NCBI RefSeq assembly: GCF_009914755.1
Contig: NC_060930.1
Strand: one strand, 5' to 3'
Origin: the human T2T-CHM13v2.0 reference genome, Homo sapiens
DNA length: 64,000 nt
Shown here: positions 27,831 through 38,176 of the stretch, piece by piece
Position numbering within the stretch: the stretch's first letter is position 1
How the letters are laid out: each line of letters begins with the position of its first letter
Program-made: the position numbers and the translations under genes
Notes under the pieces: model-generated
What the model was told of the DNA's origin: nothing
What the model saw: the letters and a program-made list of their open reading frames with translations, nothing else
The model's database searches: none

Positions 27831-28979
27831 GGGCTATGTCTGTTTTCCTCCCCACCACATTGCAAGCTAATCAATTTCTGTGGAATTAAATTTCAAGTAG
27901 CATAAAATCTAAGATGAAGGATGGAGCAGAACACTGCCTGCACAGTGGGATTGCATATGTTGTGAATGCATGAATGCTTCCAGGTGAAAAAGGCGTATTT
28001 AATTTGGAATCTACAAAGTGGCTGTCATCTTTTGTATTGTTTTTTAAGCACACAGTTAATCTTGTTTTTCTTTCTTTCTTCACATATTAAGAAGTTTTAA
28101 GAAATAATAATACAAATGTAAGCTGCATGAGAGGAAAGACCATGTCTATATTTGTCCCTGGTGTAAGCTGATGTCTAAAGCCTTTTTCCTCGCACTTAGG
28201 AGGACCTTAATAAATACTTTAAGAATGAATGACTGACCTACTGAGTGAATCTGTGCCATCAAGGGAAGATGGCAGCACTGGCAGTGGTGGAAAAAGCCAG
28301 GACTCAGAATCATCAAGGGGGCTGAGCTCTATTCGTGGCTCTACCATCTGAGAAATCTGGCAACGCTCTGGTGCCTATTTCTTCATCGTTGAGAGGGGGA
28401 AGCCAGGTGCTCCAGTTCAACTTCACTAGATGATCTTCTAAATTGGAAGCCCCTGAAGGTCAGAGACTGAGTTTATATTGTTCAATGATATGAAAACAAG
28501 ATCTAGATTATTGTGTTTGGCACACTGGGCCCTCAAGATTTTGTGGAATGGTCTCTAAAATTCTTTCCAACGCTAACATTTTGCAGAAAAATAACAGGTC
28601 TCTTAAATAAATTGCTTTTTTTCTAAAAAGAAACCTATACACCGATTATTATTATCTTGCAAATATGTTAGGGCAGGGTGAAAGTGGAGTACAAATAAAA
28701 AATAAATGACCGTTTCTTCCTGCTGATTTGGTTACAGACACCGGTTTTACATTTTCACTATGAACTCTTGGGTTCTTTAGTCATATTTATATAAACACTT
28801 TTGGCGCTTTATTTGAAACCTTTAACTCTGCGTGTGAGAACACCAAACTCCTGAGGAGCGAGCCACACTTGCACTGTACTGCTTCCCTACTAGTTCCACG
28901 TTCTTGGCCTTCCTTCCCTGTCATTATGCAGGTTTTCAAGAAGAACCACAACCGTTTCCCATTTCCCAGCCCGTTCTTC

Positions 28980-29700
28980 CTCACCCATCCTCCGCCGGGA
29001 CCCCCTTCCCTATAAGCTGAAGAAATCCCTTGCTTGGACGACGCTAGTCGCTGGGGGAGGTTGGGGAAAGGGTGGCCCAGCCCTCAGCGGCCGCCGGCAG
29101 CGCCCCCAAGGAGCCTCCGCCTGCCACTTGCTGGGGACTGTCGGCTTTCCAGCTACCGTAGAATGCGCTTGCGTATCAAAAAGAAATCATCTTTCTACTG
29201 TAAACTAGAGACCGAGACCGCTCGTGGGGAGGGAATCTATGTGTTTACACTTTTTTTTTTTTTTTTTTGCCCCGGAGCTGCTGCGGGAATTGATTGGCTC
29301 CCTTGCGCCCCTGACGCTGGGACTGTCCCCCCGCCGCGCCCCGCCCGCACCCCGCCCGCACCCCGCCCCCTCGCGCGGCCATCTGCTTCGCAGTCTGTCT
29401 CCCAGTCTCTCACTCGGCCCCTCTCCCCTCCACCACTCCCAGCCCCCGTCTCCCCCACCGTCACCCCCCAGCGCCGGCTCCGCCTCTTCCCCCTCCCCGG
29501 CCCAGTGCTCCGAATCTTCCCCGGCCGTTGCCAGGGAGACCAGCCGATACCAGGCAAATAGGCGTACCAGAAAGAAAAGGGGGGAAAGCTACACGGCAGC
29601 CTGGTAACAAAGGAGCAATAAAAGCAGCCCCCAAATGGAGGGCTAAGGACGCGTCTGGGAGAAAATCTGAAAGCGAGCTAGCAGTCACCCCAATTTAAAA
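28980..29700. promoter_or_regulatory. Upstream CpG island / promoter-like element ~2 kb 5' of MARCKS
   Basis: CpG-rich; tandem GC boxes 29330-29370; ATTGG ~29293; TGACG ~29312; TGTTTAC ~29242. Confidence 0.7.
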
Positions 29701-31309
29701 TAGGAGGGGGATGCGGAGGAAGGGGCATGATTCACGTTGGGGGTGGGGGGAAATCAAGAGCCTTAAATGGGCTTTTGGGAATCGCCTGGATGGTGGTGTC
29801 GGATCAGCCCAGTTGGCTTTTCAAGTTGGAACTGCTAATACAAGGGATTTGCGTCCATCCTGGCGGCTGGGGTCGTGGGCCAGGCCAGCGGGCTCTCTTA
29901 AGGGTAATAACACGTTTGCTGGCAAGATGCATTTCTACGGAAACGTCTTTACATCAGCTCTGGGGAATATGACCATGGTCGAATAATGCATCTGAAGGAA
30001 CTGGACAGTGAGAAGACGAAGCTTCACGTAACAATGTTCAGCTTGGTGATTTTTAAAGCAACGCTTGAACAAAGAGTTACTGGCTTGAACCAACCGTCTT
30101 TTTCACTCAGAGTGTGACCTATTTCCCTACAATGAGCAGAAAATAAAACTGTTTGAGAATTCAGAGCCAGCACCAGGAGAAATGAACCATTCCCTCGACT
30201 GCTTCTCACCTTCATAAGCGAAAGATTATTCCTTGCAAGATCACCAAATGTAAACGAGAAAAGGTGGTCTGATTTTGCCACGAGTGAAAACTTTGGGAAG
30301 AAAATGCTTATTAAGCTGTTTCCTTGGTTCCCCTCACCCCTCATACTTTAAGTCAGTGCCTTGTCTCTCACGCACAAAAAGCGTCTGGTACTTCGGTGGC
30401 AAGGAGTGCAGTGACAGATGGAGGTATCCTGTGTACCATTATAGAAGCTTTTCCTCTAACCCAAGTTAGACTTGGAGAGCTCAGGGATCTTGCTATCTCT
30501 CAACATACAGAACATTTCTCCTTAGAACTGCAATCCGGTTTAGAATGTCATCGTTGCTGCTGCCTCCCTTCCTTTCAGGAGCACATTCGCCTGCGTGCGC
30601 ACTCACACACACGTTCAAAAAGAGTCCATTCGATTCTGGCAGTAGGCTGAAAACGATCCATATTGACGCGAATAACATCCCAACTGTAAATATGGATTCG
30701 TCTACTCGAGGCTGTGTCTCATTTCACCATAGAGGAAAATTATGTCATTTAAAACAGTGATAAAACGCGAAGAGTTTCGATCTTCTGTAAATGGCTCTCA
30801 CTTTGAATTGTGGGGGAAAAAAATCACTAATTGGGAATAGCCAGAGAAGGGGGAATTTGTTGAGCGCCCAAGGCCAATCTCAAAATATTTTATTTCATGC
30901 CAATGTGGGAGAGGGAAGGGAGTGTGGCTTCGCTGTTTGCCGCTTTTGCATTTTCCACATCTGGCCTACAGACCTAATTCTAACTTGCGATCTCGCTTGA
31001 TGAAATTCGATCTTCGTGGTTTAAATACCTTTCAATTTGGGACGATTTAACCATTGCAGCAGTTCAAAAAACAAACCCTGAGCATTATCTGTAAAACCAA
31101 TATGGAAAAAAGAAAGAAAACATGCTGCAAACACACAAATCGCAACCATTGTCTTTAACACTCGCATACACACACATACACATAAACACACGGAAAGATG
31201 GGGGAGGGGAGCGAGTGGAGAGAGAGAGACACACGGATATAGACCGACGAGAGTCAATGCGAGTCAAGTTAACGCTTTCTCCGCCCCGATGCACAAGTAC
31301 CCCCCTCCC

Positions 31310-31580
31310 GTGTTAATTAATTCCAAACAAAGCAAGCCAATCAAGAAATGCATTATTATTTTCAAGCAGAGAGAGACGAGTGCCATGTATTTTTTAATTG
31401 ATTTATTTATTTGGAGGACATTAATTCTCGGTCTGAGGCTGATTTTCAAACCGTTTGCAAAGCGCGGCTCCATTGTTCGCCAGGCGCGCAGACCCCGCCC
31501 CCTGCTTTGTGTGCGGCGCGCGGATTGGCCGACGCGCGCGGGGGCCGCGTCAGCGCCCGCGAGCCCATTCATCTGTGCAC
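31310..31580 (+). promoter_or_regulatory. MARCKS TATA-less core promoter
   Basis: GC box CCCCGCCCCC ~31493-31502, inverted CCAAT (ATTGG) 31524-31528, CCAAT ~31337, CG-dinucleotide runs. Confidence 0.8.
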
Positions 31581-31974
31581 TTGGGCGTTGGACCCCGCAT
31601 CTTATTAGCAACCAGGGAGATTTCTCCATTTTCCTCTTGTCTACAGTGCGGCTACAAATCTGGGATTTTTTTATTACTTCTTTTTTTTTCGAACTACACT
31701 TGGGCTCCTTTTTTTGTGCTCGACTTTTCCACCCTTTTTCCCTCCCTCCTGTGCTGCTGCTTTTTGATCTCTTCGACTAAAATTTTTTTATCCGGAGTGT
31801 ATTTAATCGGTTCTGTTCTGTCCTCTCCACCACCCCCACCCCCCTCCCTCCGGTGTGTGTGCCGCTGCCGCTGTTGCCGCCGCCGCTGCTGCTGCTCGCC
31901 CCGTCGTTACACCAACCCGAGGCTCTTTGTTTCCCCTCTTGGATCTGTTGAGTTTCTTTGTTGAAGAAGCCAGC
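31577..31974 (+). other. MARCKS: MARCKS 5'UTR (start approximate): pyrimidine-rich, AUG-free, GCN repeat at 31861-31896
   Basis: Lies between the GC-box/CCAAT cluster and the ATG; no ATG seen; TSS position is inferred/recalled, not directly visible. Confidence 0.7.
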
Positions 31975-32076
31975 ATGGGTGCCCAGTTCTCCAAGACCGC
32001 AGCGAAGGGAGAAGCCGCCGCGGAGAGGCCTGGGGAGGCGGCTGTGGCCTCGTCGCCTTCCAAAGCGAACGGACAG
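31975..32076 (+). CDS. MARCKS: MARCKS coding exon 1 (34 codons, MGAQFSKTAAKGEAAAERPGEAAVASSPSKANGQ)
   Basis: ATG at 31975 in strong Kozak context (AGCATGG); MGAQFS myristoylation motif; ends at CAG|GTAAAT phase-0 donor. Confidence 0.99.
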
Positions 32077-33911
32077 GTAAATTCTACCTGTGGTTGTGGT
32101 CATTTATTTCGTGTCTTTCTCTCCTTCCCTCCTGGTGGCTCCCAAGGCTCATTCGTGGAGAGGAGTGTGGCTGGATTCTAGTCTGAAAGTTGAATGGAAA
32201 TGGATAGCCTAAATTGTGGATTTTTCATAGCCGGGGTCCCCCCACACCAAAGGAGTGGTTCCTTAGAATCCTGGAGAATTCTTGAGTAGACGGGAGGAAA
32301 GGAGTGATAAATCGTCTAAAATGGCGTGGTTTGGAGATTGGCAGAACGTGACTAGCTAGGTGCCCTCCTTCCCCCGCCCCCAGCCAGGTTTCATTTGTGT
32401 TTGGGGGCACAATGGTGTTTGGGTGTCTCTCGGGTTTGTTGTCGAAGCTGGATTGTCTTCGAGATTTCTGAACTGGTGGTGTGATTGTGTGTGGCGGGGG
32501 GGGGAGTCGGGAAAGGGGGGCGCAATGGGGATGGTGGTGGAGAAAGGCGAGGAGGGAAAGGCTGTCTTATTGTATGCCGCGGCGGCGTGCCCTGGGTTCT
32601 TGGAAAGGTGGCTGGCTGGGGCCAGACAGAGGGCTTCGGTACCTTTTGATGAGGCTTTCCCACTGTCCTAAATCTTTATTCGTAGCTGTCTGTGGAATTA
32701 CACATCCATTTGATTTTTAAATGGTATCTGTGGGGTGGGAACACTCGGTGGGTCCTTTAAGAACCTTTCCAGATGGTCAAAAAGAGGCGGTTCGTGCCTT
32801 TCGGTCGGGATTGTTCTTGTGCGTGGCGCCTCGACCACCCGCGAGGGGCCGCCCGGCGCTGCCCGGACCCAGGCAGATAGCCACGATTGGGTGGACCCGA
32901 GAGGTCGGCCATGGGTGGCTGCTTCGCAAACACTGGGCACCCACCACGCCTCTTTTCCTAGAGAAGAGATCGTGTCGCTTCGCCTGCTCTAACCTACTGG
33001 GGAAAGCGAGGTCTGCCAAGAGGCTTTAAACCCGTTAAAAATGCAAAATGAGCCGCCGAGGCGCGCCCAGGCTTCGCAGAATCGCAGGGGAAGGTGGGCG
33101 TGGAAGCAGAGGCGAGACCTCAGAAATAATGGGTTTCCCCCTGCCTTGTTGGTTTCAGCCCGACCGGCAGGCCAGGAAACCACCTGAGCTTTGTTTGCGG
33201 ACTGTTGGGCTGCGCGATCCGGGCTCGGGGGCGCCTCGGCCTGCGGGCAGGGCCCGGCTGGGCAGGGCGGGGTGGCCCGGCGACTCCGCCCCTCCTCGCC
33301 TGCCTGCGCCCAACGCGGCGCGGTGGAGGCACAGCGCCCCCTGCCGGTGCCAAAGGCCTGGGTGGGCGCAGGAGCTCGGAGGGCCCCGCGCGGGCGCTCC
33401 TGGCTCGAGTGCTGTGATCCCCCTGGGAATTCCTGGTATTTTGAAGAGGCCTTTATGTATTTAGGGCGAAAGAGGGATGTGAAACGTAGGCGCGAACCAC
33501 CAGCTCTGGCTCTGTGCCTTCTTCCAAAGGGCGTTTGCTGTGTCAACTAGTCCCTGGCACCTTTTTTCCCCCAAGCCCCCGATAAAGCGAGGGCTGGCAT
33601 GGTTAGCCTTTGCTTGCTACGTTTCGGACTTCGTCTTTAGGGCACTTGCTGAATGGCTGGGAGGCCATTGCCGTACTTGGGGGCTACAGTTGTGTTTTCG
33701 GGGGGTCTCCAGGCAGCGGTGCCCATTTCCTCGTTCGTGGGGCTCTCTTCTGGGCATCCACCCGCGCCTCCCTCCCCACAACGGCGGGGGTGGGGTCTCG
33801 ATGGCCACAGGGGCCTTAGGGGGAAGCGGGGCACTCCCGGTCCAGGGCTGGGGGCGGGAATGGCGGCGCCCCGGCCGCTTCAGTGACGCTCCCGCTTTCT
33901 CTGCCCCTTAG
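32077..33911 (+). other. MARCKS: MARCKS single intron (1835 nt, GT-AG, phase 0)
   Basis: GT at 32077, AG at 33910-33911, pyrimidine tract, candidate branch point CAGTGAC ~33881-33887; splits the conserved KANGQ|ENGHVK motif. Confidence 0.97.
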
Positions 33912-34810
33912 GAGAATGGCCACGTGAAGGTAAACGGCGACGCTTCGCCCGCGGCCGCCGAGTCGGGCGCCAAGGAGGAGCTGCAGGCCAACGGCAGCGC
34001 CCCGGCCGCCGACAAGGAGGAGCCCGCGGCCGCCGGGAGCGGGGCGGCGTCGCCCTCCGCGGCCGAGAAAGGTGAGCCGGCCGCCGCCGCTGCCCCCGAG
34101 GCCGGGGCCAGCCCGGTAGAGAAGGAGGCCCCCGCGGAAGGCGAGGCTGCCGAGCCCGGCTCGCCCACGGCCGCGGAGGGAGAGGCCGCGTCGGCCGCCT
34201 CCTCGACTTCTTCGCCCAAGGCCGAGGACGGGGCCACGCCCTCGCCCAGCAACGAGACCCCGAAAAAAAAAAAGAAGCGCTTTTCCTTCAAGAAGTCTTT
34301 CAAGCTGAGCGGCTTCTCCTTCAAGAAGAACAAGAAGGAGGCTGGAGAAGGCGGTGAGGCTGAGGCGCCCGCTGCCGAAGGCGGCAAGGACGAGGCCGCC
34401 GGGGGCGCAGCTGCGGCCGCCGCCGAGGCGGGCGCGGCCTCCGGGGAGCAGGCAGCGGCGCCGGGCGAGGAGGCGGCAGCGGGCGAGGAGGGGGCGGCGG
34501 GTGGCGACCCGCAGGAGGCCAAGCCCCAGGAGGCCGCTGTCGCGCCAGAGAAGCCGCCCGCCAGCGACGAGACCAAGGCCGCCGAGGAGCCCAGCAAGGT
34601 GGAGGAGAAAAAGGCCGAGGAGGCCGGGGCCAGCGCCGCCGCCTGCGAGGCCCCCTCCGCCGCCGGGCCCGGCGCGCCCCCGGAGCAGGAGGCAGCCCCC
34701 GCGGAGGAGCCCGCGGCCGCCGCAGCCTCGTCAGCCTGCGCAGCCCCCTCACAGGAGGCCCAGCCCGAGTGCAGTCCAGAAGCCCCCCCAGCGGAGGCGG
34801 CAGAGTAAAA
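32700..34810. promoter_or_regulatory. CpG island over the intron 3' half and exon 2
   Basis: Very high GC and CpG density; kappaB-like GGGAATTCC at 33425-33433. Confidence 0.85.
33912..34808 (+). CDS. MARCKS: MARCKS coding exon 2 (ENGHVKVNG...EAAE*); effector domain KKKKKRFSFKKSFKLSGFSFKKNKK at 34263-34337
   Basis: Acceptor ctttctctgccccttAG|GAG at 33910-33911; 102+897=999 nt = 332 aa plus TAA; Ala/Glu/Pro-rich with the diagnostic MARCKS effector domain. Confidence 0.99.
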   Translation, partial: ENGHVKVNGDASPAAAESGAKEELQANGSAPAADKEEPAAAGSGAASPSAAEKGEPAAAAAPEAGASPVEKEAPAEGEAAEPGSPTAAEGEAASAASSTSSPKAEDGATPSPSNETPKKKKKRFSFKKSFKLSGFSFKKNKKEAGEGGEAEAPAAEGGKDEAAGGAAAAAAEAGAASGEQAAAPGEEAAAGEEGAAGGDPQEAKPQEAAVAPEKPPASDETKAAEEPSKVEEKKAEEAGASAAACEAPSAAGPGAPPEQEAAPAEEPAAAAASSACAAPSQEAQPECSPEAPPAEAAE

Positions 34811-37705
34811 GAGCAAGCTTTTGTGAGATAATCGAAGAACTTTTCTCCCCCGTTTGTTTGTTGGAGTGGTGCCAGGTACTGGTTTTGGAGAACTTGTCTA
34901 CAACCAGGGATTGATTTTAAAGATGTCTTTTTTTATTTTACTTTTTTTTAAGCACCAAATTTTGTTGTTTTTTTTTTTTCTCCCCTCCCCACAGATCCCA
35001 TCTCAAATCATTCTGTTAACCACCATTCCAACAGGTCGAGGAGAGCTTAAACACCTTCTTCCTCTGCCTTGTTTCTCTTTTATTTTTTATTTTTTCGCAT
35101 CAGTATTAATGTTTTTGCATACTTTGCATCTTTATTCAAAAGTGTAAACTTTCTTTGTCAATCTATGGACATGCCCATATATGAAGGAGATGGGTGGGTC
35201 AAAAAGGGATATCAAATGAAGTGATAGGGGTCACAATGGGGAAATTGAAGTGGTGCATAACATTGCCAAAATAGTGTGCCACTAGAAATGGTGTAAAGGC
35301 TGTCTTTTTTTTTTTTTTTTAAAGAAAAGTTATTACCATGTATTTTGTGAGGCAGGTTTACAACACTACAAGTCTTGAGTTAAGAAGGAAAGAGGAAAAA
35401 AGAAAAAACACCAATACCCAGATTTAAAAAAAAAAAAACGATCATAGTCTTAGGAGTTCATTTAAACCATAGGAACTTTTCACTTATCTCATGTTAGCTG
35501 TACCAGTCAGTGATTAAGTAGAACTACAAGTTGTATAGGCTTTATTGTTTATTGCTGGTTTATGACCTTAATAAAGTGTAATTATGTATTACCAGCAGGG
35601 TGTTTTTAACTGTGACTATTGTATAAAAACAAATCTTGATATCCAGAAGCACATGAAGTTTGCAACTTTCCACCCTGCCCATTTTTGTAAAACTGCAGTC
35701 ATCTTGGACCTTTTAAAACACAAATTTTAAACTCAACCAAGCTGTGATAAGTGGAATGGTTACTGTTTATACTGTGGTATGTTTTTGATTACAGCAGATA
35801 ATGCTTTCTTTTCCAGTCGTCTTTGAGAATAAAGGAAAAAAAATCTTCAGATGCAATGGTTTTGTGTAGCATCTTGTCTATCATGTTTTGTAAATACTGG
35901 AGAAGCTTTGACCAATTTGACTTAGAGATGGAATGTAACTTTGCTTACAAAAATTGCTATTAAACTCCTGCTTAAGGTGTTCTAATTTTCTGTGAGCACA
36001 CTAAAAGCGAAAAATAAATGTGAATAAAATGTACAAATTTGTTGTGTTTTTTTATGTTCTAATAATACTGAGACTTCTAGGTCTTAGGTTAATTTTTAGG
36101 AAGATCTTGCATGCCATCAGGAGTAAATTTTATTGTGGTTCTTAATCTGAAGTTTTCAAGCTCTGAAATTCATAATCCGCAGTGTCAGATTACGTAGAGG
36201 AAGATCTTACAACATTCCATGTCAAATCTGTTACCATTTATTGGCATTTAGTTTTCATTTAAGAATTGAACATAATTATTTTTATTGTAGCTATATAGCA
36301 TGTCAGATTAAATCATTTACAACAAAAGGGGTGTGAACCTAAGACTATTTAAATGTCTTATGAGAAAATTTCATAAAGCCATTCTCTTGTCATTCAGGTC
36401 CAGAAACAAATTTTAAACTGAGTGAGAGTCTATAGATTCCATACTGCAGATGGGTCATGAAATGTGACCAAATGTGTTTCAAAAATTGATGGTGTATTAC
36501 CTGCTATTGTAATTGCTTAGTGCTTGGCTAATTTCCAAATTATTGCATAATATGTTCTACCTTAAGAAAACAGGTTTATGTAACAAAGTAATGGTGTTGA
36601 ATGGATGATGTCAGTTCATGGGCCTTTAGCATAGTTTTAAGCATCCTTTTTTTTTTTTTTTTTTTGAAAGTGTGTTAGCATCTTGTTACTCAAAGGATAA
36701 GACAGACAATAATACTTCACTGAATATTAATAATCTTTACTAGTTTACCTCCTCTGCTCTTTGCCACCCGATAACTGGATATCTTTTCCTTCAAAGGACC
36801 CTAAACTGATTGAAATTTAAGATATGTATCAAAAACATTATTTCATTTAATGCACATCTGTTTTGCTGTTTTTGAGCAGTGTGCAGTTTAGGGTTCATGA
36901 TAAATCATTGAACCACATGTGTAACAACTGAATGCCAAATCTTAAACTCATTAGAAAAATAACAAATTAGGTTTTGACACGCATTCTTAATTGGAATAAT
37001 GGATCAAAAATAGTGGTTCATGACCTTACCAAACACCCTTGCTACTAATAAAATCAAATAACACTTAGAAGGGTATGTATTTTTAGTTAGGGTTTCTTGA
37101 TCTTGGAGGATGTTTGAAAGTTAAAAATTGAATTTGGTAACCAAAGGACTGATTTATGGGTCTTTCCTATCTTAACCAACGTTTTCTTAGTTACCTAGAT
37201 GGCCAAGTACAGTGCCTGGTATGTAGTAAGACTCAGTAAAAAAGTGGATTTTTAAAAATAACTCCCAAAGTGAATAGTCAAAAATCCTGTTAGCAAACTG
37301 TTATATATTGCTAAGTTTGTTCTTTTAACAGCTGGAATTTATTAAGATGCATTATTTTGATTTTATTCACTGCCTAAAACACTTTGGGTGGTATTGATGG
37401 AGTTGGTGGATTTTCCTCCAAGTGATTAAATGAAATTTGACGTATCTTTTCATCCAAAGTTTTGTACATCATGTTTTCTAACGGAAAAAAATGTTAATAT
37501 GGCTTTTTTGTATTACTAAAAATAGCTTTGAGATTAAGGAAAAATAAATAACTCTTGTACAGTTCAGTATTGTCTATTAAATCTGTATTGGCAGTATGTA
37601 TAATGGCATTTGCTGTGGTTACAAAATACTTCCTCTGGGTTATAATAATCATTTGATCCAATTCCTATTGCTTGTAAAATAAAGTTTTACCAGTTGATAT
37701 AATCA
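34809..37705 (+). other. MARCKS: MARCKS 3'UTR (long form)
   Basis: Repeat-free U-rich sequence after the stop with several AATAAA signals, ending near AATAAA 37678-37683. Confidence 0.85.
36013..36058 (+). terminator. Proximal polyadenylation site (tandem AATAAA plus GU/U-rich downstream element)
   Basis: AATAAA 36013-36018 and 36023-36028 followed by TTTGTTGTGTTTTTTTATGTT; predicts ~2.6 kb mRNA. Confidence 0.8.
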
Positions 37706-37735
37706 AGCCTGCTAAAATAGGATTTTTTTTTACAA
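37678..37735 (+). terminator. Distal polyadenylation site
   Basis: AATAAA 37678-37683 with downstream T-run; predicts ~4.3 kb mRNA. Confidence 0.7.
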
Positions 37736-38042
37736 ATTTTATTTTAAAATGCAAATATTTTTAGAGAAAATTTTTAAATCTTAAGTGTTAAAGGTAAGCA
37801 TTCAGTTTAAGAGATTTAAATGATATGCTTGGCATTATATTTAACAAATAAAATTATATCCATTGAAGGTGAGTTGTATGCCCCCAAGCCAATTAAAAAT
37901 TTTAACGATAGAACTTGATAATATATTTGAGAAACAATGCAATTTTTTTATCATATGAATATAAACAATATATCTTTTCAATTAAAGTTAAGGATTTGGG
38001 GTAAGGTACTTTTCACAGCCATATATATATATATATATATAT

Positions 38043-38176
38043 GTTTATTTATTTACTTATAGGCAGGTGTCTTACTATGTTGCTCAGGCTGGTCTTGAAC
38101 TCTGGGCTCAAACGATCCTCCTGCCTCGGCCTCCCAAAGTTCTAGGATTACAGGCATGAGCCACCACACATCCCTG
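38043..38176 (-). mobile_element. FLAM monomer preceded by (TA)n
   Basis: Left-monomer consensus, reverse orientation. Confidence 0.85.

Noticed and set aside
32077-32181. Read-through of the exon 1 ORF into the intron
   Set aside because: Short unremarkable tail; the canonical donor explains the structure and nothing supports a functional retained-intron product.
29034-33911. Many overlapping ORFs in the CpG islands and intron
   Set aside because: Stop-poor GC-rich DNA, low-complexity translations, no recognisable domains.
33909-33914. NAGNAG (TAG GAG) at the exon 2 acceptor
   Set aside because: GAG is a poor acceptor, so use is unlikely to be meaningful.
33908-34816. 302-aa antisense ORF mirroring MARCKS exon 2
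   Set aside because: Non-ATG start; expected shadow of a GC-rich, Ala/Glu/Pro-biased CDS that lacks TTA/CTA/TCA in that register.
34321-34914. Arg/Pro-rich alternative-frame ORFs (186 aa +, 143 aa -)
   Set aside because: Products of extreme GC content; the + strand ORF starts at GTG and is cut off from the A11 frameshift by TGA at 34306.
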